A model generated the notes under the pieces. The model had not been told where the DNA came from, ran no database searches, and saw only the letters and a program-made list of their open reading frames with translations. DNA of 64,000 nt, taken from positions 135,846-199,845 of the IMG/VR virus record IMGVR_UViG_3300023179_000011. The stretch is one strand, 5' to 3'. Shown here one piece after another: positions 45,786 through 53,709 of this stretch (its first letter is position 1; the number at the start of each line of letters is the position of its first letter). This stretch comes from a virus. A program made the position numbers and the translations under genes.

Positions 45786-45908
45786 GGACTCTCGCCGCAA
45801 GGATGTGGTGGTTACACGTAAGTATACGCTCCCACGAACATTAAGGCCCTATAACTTCCCCTTGCATTTCGCAGCGCTGTACACACGCTGCCGAGAGATT
45901 GTTTGATA

Positions 45909-46136
45909 TTACGCCGCTGGAGTTTCGTCAACGAGTGCTATTCTCCAACCGTTTCCGCCGTCTATGTGTGCGCCAGCCTGCATCATTTTGACGGCAATGT
46001 CAATGTTAATTTCGTCCACGCCGTTTGCGCGTTGTTGCGATCTGAACTCGGCTTCTGTCAGGGCAACATGTTTTATTTCGTTTTTTGGCCTGCGCATTTC
46101 ATGCAAACCCTGAAGCGCAGCTGCACTAAGCAACAT
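45909..46136 (-). CDS. Hypothetical protein
   Basis: AAGGAG RBS before MLLSAAAL. Confidence 0.6.
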   Translation of the reverse strand: MLLSAAALQGLHEMRRPKNEIKHVALTEAEFRSQQRANGVDEINIDIAVKMMQAGAHIDGGNGWRIALVDETPAA

Positions 46137-46184
46137 AATAGACTCCTTTGTTTGATGGAAAAAACTAAACAGTAAAACTACCGA

Positions 46185-46258
46185 TAACCCGGGTGGGAGT
46201 CGAACCCACAACAAGTAGATCCTAAGTCTACCGCCTCTGCCAGTTGGGCTACCGAGTT
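46185..46258 (-). tRNA. trnL: tRNA-Leu(TAG), short variable loop
   Basis: GTAGA-CTTAGGA-TCTAC; 5-nt variable region. Confidence 0.9.
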
Positions 46259-46378
46259 GAATGTGGTTTATTCAGGTTGCACCACCACAAGGTTTTTTAT
46301 CGCACCTGACCTTTGCCTGCCGTTTATCGTAGGGCACGCGACAGGCCGTGTGCTCCCTTGAACGTGCCCTTACGGGCA

Positions 46379-46451
46379 TGACCCCACGGGGATTCGAACC
46401 CCGGTAAACGGAACGAAAATCCGTTGTCCTAGGCCACTAGACGATGGGGCC
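46379..46451 (-). tRNA. trnE: tRNA-Glu(TTC)
   Basis: ACGGA-TTTTCGT-TCCGT; canonical D and T arms. Confidence 0.88.
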
Positions 46452-46459
46452 GCCGCGAC

Positions 46460-46600
46460 CTAAGTATTGTTCGCGCATTCTTTCTTTTCAAGCTGCCGTT
46501 CTTTCTTCCAGAAAAGACGCTTGCCGAACGGCTTCATGTGCTTATTGCAGTCCATAGTTTTTGGGCGTACGTGAAGCAGTCCGCGTTTCTTTGTGGTCAT
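46460..46600 (-). CDS. 46-aa basic peptide (not in the ORF track)
   Basis: AAGGAG RBS; MTTKKRGLLHVRPK...KPFGKRLFWKKERQ. Confidence 0.6.
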   Translation of the reverse strand: MTTKKRGLLHVRPKTMDCNKHMKPFGKRLFWKKERQLEKKECANNT

Positions 46601-46625
46601 GTTGCTCCTTTGATAACAAAACCAA

Positions 46626-46696
46626 TGGGCCACCGGGGAGTCGAACCCCGCGTTGCGAGTTAATAAGACTCGCTTGCCAACCGGTTTCCGCGGCCC
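46626..46696 (-). tRNA. Atypical tRNA-like RNA (nominal anticodon TAT, Ile)
   Basis: 7-bp acceptor stem and canonical T arm, but G8, no clear D stem, a 6-bp anticodon stem and T37. Confidence 0.5.
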
Positions 46697-46759
46697 GCGT
46701 GGGCGGGGTGCCAGTAGCTTGGGCTACTACCAGCACCCCGCCGTCAGCGAGTCTACGCT

Positions 46760-47128
46760 TCAGCGGTAGCGTTTGCACGCATACCACCGGCCATCCCTGC
46801 CACGCGCGACCCCTTGGTCTACAACAGCTCTGCCGCTATTGCTGTAGCAGCAGTTTCCCAACGCCTCTTCGGGCGTCGAGCCCATGCCGACGCCTTCATA
46901 GCCGGCGTTCCCGCCGTGATGTCCCATGCGGCCATTGCTGGCCTGCAGCTCTGCCACCCCCTGCGCTGTAGCCGTATGACCAGCTCCAGCATAAGACGTA
47001 GCATATGAGTAAGACTTCACAGGAGTCGAAGCTTGAGGTGTCGTGTAGTAGCGTCGGTGTCGCGGGGCAGCATGCGCAACGCTGACAAGAAACAACGCGA
47101 CGACTACACACATGAGAAAACGGAACAT
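46760..47128 (-). CDS. Secreted protein with a minimal CAP/SCP-like motif
   Basis: Signal peptide; MGHHGG...YEGVG...NCCY...GVA.G..WYAC. Confidence 0.65.
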   Translation of the reverse strand: MFRFLMCVVVALFLVSVAHAAPRHRRYYTTPQASTPVKSYSYATSYAGAGHTATAQGVAELQASNGRMGHHGGNAGYEGVGMGSTPEEALGNCCYSNSGRAVVDQGVARGRDGRWYACKRYR

Positions 47129-47218
47129 AACGATCCTCCATGACCATGTCGCGGGTGTGCGCGACGTAAGAAGAAACAAACCCCACACCGGGTTACACAA
47201 AAAACGACCAGACTGCTT

Positions 47219-47593
47219 TTACGCCGCCATCAACTTGCGCCGCTTGGCGGCCGCGCGGCGAAGCTTGACAGCAGGAAGTCCGCGGGGCCGGCACAAGCTG
47301 TACTGCACCGCCGCGGCCAGCAGCGCGTTGGAATTGCGCTGCGAAAACACGTATCCGCCGTTTCGGTCATTAGCCAGAAACGGATTACCCCGCCACTTGT
47401 CGGGACTCTTCGGATACTTCTTGACGCGCTCGTCCAGCCACGCCTCAGCAGCGTGCTGCCGAACCTTGTAGAACGTGTTCATCGCCATGGCCCGGAGGCC
47501 GAGCGTTCTACGATACACGTTCACCTGCTCGTAGATCTCCCGCATGAACGACCGACAACCGCAGCCCTTGGGGGCCACAAACTGGATCTTCAT
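47219..47593 (-). CDS. Basic hypothetical protein
   Basis: AAGGAG RBS; 124 aa. Confidence 0.7.
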   Translation of the reverse strand: MKIQFVAPKGCGCRSFMREIYEQVNVYRRTLGLRAMAMNTFYKVRQHAAEAWLDERVKKYPKSPDKWRGNPFLANDRNGGYVFSQRNSNALLAAAVQYSLCRPRGLPAVKLRRAAAKRRKLMAA

Positions 47594-47700
47594 CAGAATC
47601 TCCTTCTATCATCCCTGAACTTACAGCTGTTACGCACAGCTGTTTCCCATAGAAATCACCGTCGCGTAAAGACGATGATTATTCGAATCGGCCGCGGGCC

Positions 47701-48033
47701 TTATTCGTCGGCAGAGAGCGCGTCGAGATCGTGAATGATTCGACGCATGTAACCGACAGGTGGCATCGGAGCCCAGCTCTTGGCGCGCTCAGCGTCATAG
47801 GGCTGCCAATGGGGCGCATCACACGCGTCGACGAGGCCCCACTTATTGTTATGAAAAAGGTGCGGACACAGCTCGATGTCTTTGTTGCCTTTTTCACTTT
47901 TAATTGAATTGGGTGTGAAGCTGTACTTACCGATCCCGATGCCGATGTCGGGACCGAAATAATAAACTTCCTGCCCTTCCTGTGGCGGGTCTTTATGCGA
48001 CGACCGCCAACCGAACCGATCTTCTTCTGCCAT
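47701..48033 (-). CDS. Hypothetical protein
   Basis: GGAGG RBS; 110 aa. Confidence 0.7.
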   Translation of the reverse strand: MAEEDRFGWRSSHKDPPQEGQEVYYFGPDIGIGIGKYSFTPNSIKSEKGNKDIELCPHLFHNNKWGLVDACDAPHWQPYDAERAKSWAPMPPVGYMRRIIHDLDALSADE

Positions 48034-48049
48034 GCTACCTCCGAAACAA

Positions 48050-48123
48050 TAGCCGCAAAGGGACTCGAACCCCTAACCCCCTGCGTGTAAAGCAGGTGCT
48101 CTAACCAATTGAGCTATGCGGCT
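48050..48123 (-). tRNA. trnV: tRNA-Val(TAC)
   Basis: CCTGC-TTTACAC-GCAGG; canonical cloverleaf. Confidence 0.95.
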
Positions 48124-48205
48124 GTTTGCGTGGCTGGTTGAGAAGGCAACCATTTACCCAAGCCCAACACCTTGCGAATGCGTTGGCACCACGTTTATGC
48201 AGAGT

Positions 48206-48279
48206 TAGGGCCGGTGGGACTCGAACCCACAACACAGGGATTTTAAGTCCCTTGACTCTGCCAATTGGTCTACGACCCC
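48206..48279 (-). tRNA. trnL: tRNA-Leu(TAA), short variable loop
   Basis: AGGGA-CTTAAAA-TCCCT; 5-nt variable region. Confidence 0.9.
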
Positions 48280-48293
48280 GTGCGCACCAATCG

Positions 48294-48653
48294 TCAGACG
48301 GGTGCCGGATCGTTTACCTCGTCTAGCCACGCGGGCTTCGGGTTCTTGTTGGGGTGTGAGATCCAACGATACAGCTCGCGCTCTGTCGGGCTGTGCGTGC
48401 CCATAGCGTCGCGAATCACCATCGATTCCCGAAGCTGCTCGAAAACCCGCTGAATGTCCAGAAACTCACGATATGTAAGTCCCTGTTCCAATTCACGCTC
48501 ACGCGCGAGAACCGTGCGCAACTCGTTGAGATGCACGTTTATCCGCGCGTTGTAATATCCGGCCCGCCGAGCCAGCTCGTCATCGTTGTATGCTGCTGCT
48601 GCCATTCCAGACGTACCTCTTGTCACCAATTTGGCACCACCACCGCTGCCCAT
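48294..48653 (-). CDS. Hypothetical protein
   Basis: Helical ORF; true start probably near 48600. Confidence 0.55.
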   Translation of the reverse strand: MGSGGGAKLVTRGTSGMAAAAYNDDELARRAGYYNARINVHLNELRTVLARERELEQGLTYREFLDIQRVFEQLRESMVIRDAMGTHSPTERELYRWISHPNKNPKPAWLDEVNDPAPV

Positions 48654-48816
48654 CGTTCCAGTAAATGGGTGTCACAGTCGGGGATGGGGGTTGCACCGCG
48701 GTCGGAGCCGGATGCGCCTTCTGATACTCTTCATAGCTCTGCCACGCTATTCCTGCAAGCATCAGCAGCGCCGTCACCAAACCGATCACGTTGCCCTTGA
48801 TTTCGATACCCTTCAT
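48580..48816 (-). CDS. Small membrane-anchored protein
   Basis: GGAGG RBS; TM helix, Pro-rich linker, Trp-rich beta hairpin. Confidence 0.65.
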   Translation of the reverse strand: MKGIEIKGNVIGLVTALLMLAGIAWQSYEEYQKAHPAPTAVQPPSPTVTPIYWNDGQRWWCQIGDKRYVWNGSSSIQR

Positions 48817-48845
48817 TTCAAAACCTCCTTGTTTGGAAATGATCT

Positions 48846-49265
48846 TTAAACAACTCCTCCCAAAATCGCGGACAACTTATACGTTGCCGCCATGTGCGTG
48901 TGTTTTGTTTGATTGTTTTTTGCCGCCGTTTTGCGCAATGAAAAATTGTGTTTAGCTTGTTGTAATATTTGCGCCGGGACTGCGTATACTTCGCCATCTA
49001 AAAGGTCGTATACGCCAAAGTAATCAAACATTTTTTGGCTGTAATGTAGGCAATAATTTGGCCCAGTTTTTTTTAGCGGAACGTGAATACAGCCGTTGGT
49101 CGGCGTAACAGCTTTGCATTGAAAACGCAACAACTTGCCGTCACGTTCCGCTATAAGATCAATTCTGGAAATGTCGCCTTCTTCGGTAAAAATTGAATAG
49201 CCTAGTTTGGCTAATGCAAGCCCGACGGCGAACTGCCCGATATTGCCTTTTCTTTTTGTGTGCAT
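48846..49265 (-). CDS. PD-(D/E)xK endonuclease (free-standing homing type)
   Basis: KGNIG...RIDLI...RFQCK; AT-richer than its neighbours; lies between tRNA genes. Confidence 0.75.
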   Translation of the reverse strand: MHTKRKGNIGQFAVGLALAKLGYSIFTEEGDISRIDLIAERDGKLLRFQCKAVTPTNGCIHVPLKKTGPNYCLHYSQKMFDYFGVYDLLDGEVYAVPAQILQQAKHNFSLRKTAAKNNQTKHTHMAATYKLSAILGGVV

Positions 49266-49323
49266 AATGTCCTCCGTGACACTAGAAGATTATAAATCTT
49301 GTAGTGTTTGCACACAATATAAA

Positions 49324-49395
49324 TAGGGGTGACCGGTACTGCCCCGGTTTCAATAGATTAAAAGTCTATTGCATCACTGTTAATGCTTCACCCCC
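49324..49395 (-). tRNA. trnK: tRNA-Lys(TTT) with a non-canonical core
   Basis: ATAGA-CTTTTAA-TCTAT; A8, T14, no D-loop GG, T-loop GGCAGTA. Confidence 0.8.
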
Positions 49396-49403
49396 GCGCG
49401 TTT

Positions 49404-49961
49404 TTACCGCGCCCCAACGGTCATAAGGCGGCAAGAACCGTCGTTGCAGGCCGCGGCCTCAGACGCTTCTTGCAGTTCCTCACGCGTGACTTCCTGTGGA
49501 TGACTGCCCATTTCGTGGATCAGCCATTTGCCGCGGATTTTGTGCATAATCAATTTGAACTCGCACAACTCCCACGGCGGCAGCATGGCGCTGCGCTCAC
49601 GAAACTCCGAATAGGGCAGTTCTTCGTCTTCTTTGCCGGCAAGTGTTTCTTGCACGACATTGATGACGACGACCTGCCCGCGGTCATCCGCCTCGACAAA
49701 GTCAACTCGCACGACGCGCATGTAGCAGTCGACCTCGTCAAAGAACTGCTTCAATTCCTCTGTGAACTGTTCTCTATTGGGAAAGTTCGGCGTCATTGTG
49801 TCGATTACACCCTCGACACTTTTCATGTTGCTGGCGTGAAAGTTCTGCTGCACGACAGCTTCGATTGCCTGCATCTCTTTCCGGCCGCGAGCATTCAGCT
49901 CGCCGCCGAACGAAACTGCTGACAACAACATCAGAACCGCAGTGGTCATTATCTTTATCAT
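49404..49961 (-). CDS. Exported NTF2/SnoaL-like protein
   Basis: Signal peptide; alpha-then-beta pattern ending KIRGKWLI. Confidence 0.6.
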   Translation of the reverse strand: MIKIMTTAVLMLLSAVSFGGELNARGRKEMQAIEAVVQQNFHASNMKSVEGVIDTMTPNFPNREQFTEELKQFFDEVDCYMRVVRVDFVEADDRGQVVVINVVQETLAGKEDEELPYSEFRERSAMLPPWELCEFKLIMHKIRGKWLIHEMGSHPQEVTREELQEASEAAACNDGSCRLMTVGAR

Positions 49962-50243
49962 CTCGCTGACTCCTTGTTAAGCAAATGTGCGCAAAGCCGC
50001 CAAAAAGCGACCAGCCCACAAACGCACCTGTTACCGTTACTGCTTCCCCCATCTGGAGAGACTGCGCGGCCATTAGCCCAATCGCCGCGCCAGCCACAGT
50101 ACAGATAACAATCAAGATCTCACGCATAATCGGGTATGGCATGGTATCCCTCCCCGCTGTTCCCGAACATGATGCCAGTTTCCGCAAACACGTATTTGCG
50201 GGGCACAAGGAATATGCCCGAATATTGCCAAAAATTTAGGCAG

Positions 50244-51383
50244 TCAGGCGGGGGCGCAAACAGGCCCTTCGCAGCGTTTGTGCTCGACCCAATTGGGCGG
50301 CAAAGTGTACCAGCCTTTGTCGTACAACTGGTAAATCTTTTGAAACGCTTCATCATACATAGCGCCGCACGCTTCTAGGCTGTAGGTTTGTCTAGCGGCT
50401 TTTGCAATTGCTGCGCGATTTAGGGAGTGTACCTGTTTTAAGGCCAGCAGCCAGTCCGCGAGTGTTTTGCAGCGAAAACCGTTGAAACCTCGCTGCACTG
50501 TTTCTGTGAACGCGCCGTAATCAGTCGCGACAAGCGGCGTTCCACATAAAAGACCCTCAACGCCAGACCCGCCGAAAGGCTCGATAAAATTGGTTGGCAT
50601 TAAAGAACAGATAGCGTTGCGTAAAAACTCACTTCGCGCCGTTCCGGTTAACGGCCCATTGTAGATGATATTTGGGTGAGCCCATTTTGTGTGGTCGCCT
50701 TGTCCGCTCAACACAATTTTTGGGCCGCCAGCCGGAAGATGTTTAGCAATTTCATGCAGCGTGTCCAAACCTTTGCAGCCGTCAATACGCCCAAGAAACG
50801 CGTAATACTTTCCCGGCTTAAAACTTGGTGTCCATTCTGTGATATCAAAATAGTTTGGAATCACGAACTCATAGTGCGTACCGCCGCGGCCGTCTTTACC
50901 AGCGTGGTAGTGTCGCCACGCATAGCTTTCAAATATCTTTATCGTGCCGTCTACTAGCGTCGGATAGCCTATACCAGTTTCAACGTGAATGTTGTTTGGG
51001 AAATCTTGCAGCAGCCGAGAATGCGCGTGACCAAATGGGTGACAGATAATATCTCTTGGTTTGACACGTTGCTGCATAGCCGGAACAAGCCGTGTTTCAA
51101 ACAAATTGTGCTGCGGTGTTCCTACCGCAGCGTCGTCGCCGTGAAATGATTTTTTGTCTCGCTTGCCAAGTATGTTTTCAAATTCGTCTGCCGTGAGCAT
51201 TTCAACCTGCTCGTCGGCTAGGCTTTCACTGCCGGCGTTTGCATATTCAATTACACGGTAACCGTACATGCGCATCATTTTGGAAAAGCGCAGAGCTTTT
51301 CCAGTGAACGCGCAATGCGAGTATGCAGCTGTGTGTTGCGTGTGAAAAATACCAACAAGATGTAGCGTCGGCTTTTCTGCCAC
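50244..51383 (-). CDS. GT-B (GT4-like) glycosyltransferase
   Basis: FLGRI...KG; EPFGGSGVEGLLCGTPLVATDYGAFTETV. Confidence 0.9.
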   Translation of the reverse strand: MAEKPTLHLVGIFHTQHTAAYSHCAFTGKALRFSKMMRMYGYRVIEYANAGSESLADEQVEMLTADEFENILGKRDKKSFHGDDAAVGTPQHNLFETRLVPAMQQRVKPRDIICHPFGHAHSRLLQDFPNNIHVETGIGYPTLVDGTIKIFESYAWRHYHAGKDGRGGTHYEFVIPNYFDITEWTPSFKPGKYYAFLGRIDGCKGLDTLHEIAKHLPAGGPKIVLSGQGDHTKWAHPNIIYNGPLTGTARSEFLRNAICSLMPTNFIEPFGGSGVEGLLCGTPLVATDYGAFTETVQRGFNGFRCKTLADWLLALKQVHSLNRAAIAKAARQTYSLEACGAMYDEAFQKIYQLYDKGWYTLPPNWVEHKRCEGPVCAPA

Positions 51384-51399
51384 GGATGGCTCCTTAAAA

Positions 51400-51837
51400 C
51401 TAGGCGCAGTCAGAAAACGGTAGCCACTTTTGTTCTGGCCAATTAGGTTGAGTTTTTTTTAACTCTTCCGCTGCTTTCATAAGACTGTCAGCTAGCACGG
51501 TCCGATTTTTTTGGGTTGGTGCGGCGATAAACAAACTGTATTCATTGCGCGGACCAAACCAAATAGTCATTCCTGTTTTATCTGTTTTGGTTGTTGCATC
51601 GTCGCTCAGCTTTAGCAAATCTTTAAGGTAGTTATTTTCATTCACAATAACAGCGATGGTTGCGGCAAGTTCATTTACGTGATCGTTTTTGAAGCCGACA
51701 AAGCGAATGCCGTTCTTTGCAATTTCCAGCAGTTTTGTAATTGCCCATGAGCTTTCCTCCAGCGCCGCTAATAACGTCGCCGAACTCGTCATCTCTTCTT
51801 TTGGCCGATCGCAGTTTTTTTTCCCGCAGCATCCCAT
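51400..51837 (-). CDS. Hypothetical protein
   Basis: 145-aa ORF. Confidence 0.65.
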   Translation of the reverse strand: MGCCGKKNCDRPKEEMTSSATLLAALEESSWAITKLLEIAKNGIRFVGFKNDHVNELAATIAVIVNENNYLKDLLKLSDDATTKTDKTGMTIWFGPRNEYSLFIAAPTQKNRTVLADSLMKAAEELKKTQPNWPEQKWLPFSDCA

Positions 51838-52160
51838 AGTGTTTCCTTTTGTATTGGTAGGTGTCTCGGTAGGCGACGTAAAGAATCAATCCGCCCCATA
51901 CCAGTATTACGCTGACAAAAATAAGCCATTTCGCAAGCATGTCAATCTAATCGCATAAGTTTTCGCGCCGAACGAAACTCAGTCTGGCAAATTGCGCGGT
52001 CTGTTAGACACTTGTCGGCGACGGGAATATACACGACTTTTGTTTTATACACGTAACGCCGCTCAGTTTCTTTGGGCGACCAGCCACGACGTATTTCAAG
52101 TGCTCGGGCTGCGATTTCTTCTGGGCTTGGCGGCGGTACACGAAGAGCCATGTTGTCTCC

Positions 52161-52526
52161 TTAGCCGTACAGTTTAAAAATTTTGCGCTTTTTTGGCGCG
52201 GCGTCTATCTGTGCTTGAGCGGCGGGCTGTTGTGTTTCTGGCGCGCGTATCCGCACAACATGGGTCGCCAAGCGTTCGCGCAAATTGATTGCCGTCAACT
52301 CTTCGTGGCGGCGGCGGGCTTCTTGGCGAAAGTGATCCATGCGGCGTTTTCGTTCTGCAAACCACTGTCGCTCGCGCTGCAAATCGCGCCACAGCCAATA
52401 TAAAAACAACCCAGCCACAGCGGTCGCCGATGTGACACCAGCGTAACCGGCAACAGGTACATTATGCGGCTGCTCAACGCGTTCGGCTGTTGTTGAGTCC
52501 GTGTTTGATTGCATAACACGCGGCAC
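52161..52526 (-). CDS. Membrane-anchored coiled-coil protein
   Basis: One TM helix followed by a charged helix. Confidence 0.6.
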   Translation of the reverse strand: MPRVMQSNTDSTTAERVEQPHNVPVAGYAGVTSATAVAGLFLYWLWRDLQRERQWFAERKRRMDHFRQEARRRHEELTAINLRERLATHVVRIRAPETQQPAAQAQIDAAPKKRKIFKLYG

Positions 52527-53082
52527 ACGCCGGCAAGTATTTTTCTTCGCAACCTAGCTCTACAGACGGCCCGGCTAACGTGGGTTGACCGTCGCACAGC
52601 TTGAGGTTGAACACAGCTTTGCGCAAGCAGAATGTACAGATTGTTTTGATTTCTTCAATAGCGTCTGCCAACTCTAATAGTCGCTGTGAAGCTGGGAAAA
52701 GTTGGCGGCGAAAATCGGTCCGCAACCCGTAGCAGATGACTGGAATTCCATCTCTGTTATATGGCGGATACGTGCAGGCGTGCGCTACATTATGCAGCTG
52801 ATCAACTGCTTCTACGGACAAAAACTGCGCCTCGTCGACGAGAAGGCACACAACGTCATTGAGATCTGGGAGCTGGCAGGCGCCTGTTGCTGGCACTAAG
52901 ACATCCGCTGGAGCTTCGAGTCCGACCCGAGTTTTAATGATATCTTTACCGAATCGAACATCTAGAGCGGGCTTCAGCAACAATACCTTTTTGTTTTGCT
53001 GGCGGTAGTTGTGGGCTACCGCCAGCAAATTCATTGTTTTTGCGCTGCCGACGGTGCCGTAGCGAAAATAGAGTTTAGCCAT
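52474..53082 (-). CDS. tdk: Thymidine kinase
   Basis: YGTVGSAKT, VDEAQF, GLRTDF, CxxC...CxxC. Confidence 0.95.
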   Translation of the reverse strand: MAKLYFRYGTVGSAKTMNLLAVAHNYRQQNKKVLLLKPALDVRFGKDIIKTRVGLEAPADVLVPATGACQLPDLNDVVCLLVDEAQFLSVEAVDQLHNVAHACTYPPYNRDGIPVICYGLRTDFRRQLFPASQRLLELADAIEEIKTICTFCLRKAVFNLKLCDGQPTLAGPSVELGCEEKYLPACAACYAIKHGLNNSRTR

Positions 53083-53605
53083 TTGCGGTTTTGGCTTTTT
53101 CCTTTTTCTTTTCAGCTTTTTCAGCGAGCGATATGGCGCGTTTGACAAGCAACCTGCCAGCCATATCTACAAACGGCAAATTACGTTTTGTGGCTTCTTC
53201 ACGCAACCAGCCAACGATCATATCAACATTGTCTTTGCACCACTGAATACCCTTATCGTCCATGATGCGAGCGCGCGCATTGCAACTACATGTCGGCGAA
53301 GCCTTGATGCCAATTTTTGACAGCAATTTTTTAAGTTCCGCGCCGGCGCCTTCGGTCGGCGGCGGTGGCGGCACATTGACGGCCTGCGCTTGTTCTTGGC
53401 GTTTAAGCAATTCTCTTTGTCGCTGGATTGCGATGGCGCGCATCTCTTCGTTAATAGATCTTTTTTTGGGGTATTTTGCGTGGTCCGTATCGATCGTCCA
53501 TGTATCACCGTCTTGCGCTACAACACACGGCATGACGTCGTGTAGTTTATAGCCCCGCTCAAGGCAACGACCAATGAGGGCTTTTTTGTGACACGTAATA
53601 AGCAT
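53075..53605 (-). CDS. Hypothetical phage protein
   Basis: LKKLLSKIGI...CSCNARA..MD..G..WC..N...IVGWLREEA module. Confidence 0.7.
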   Translation of the reverse strand: MLITCHKKALIGRCLERGYKLHDVMPCVVAQDGDTWTIDTDHAKYPKKRSINEEMRAIAIQRQRELLKRQEQAQAVNVPPPPPTEGAGAELKKLLSKIGIKASPTCSCNARARIMDDKGIQWCKDNVDMIVGWLREEATKRNLPFVDMAGRLLVKRAISLAEKAEKKKEKAKTANG

Positions 53606-53709
53606 GGCAGCGTCCTTACCTCCTATTATTTTGCGCAGCGCGCGTACGAGGGTAACTCACACCTGAACATACCGCGCCGAAATTGTTTTTGCAACGCGGC
53701 TGACTGGTC

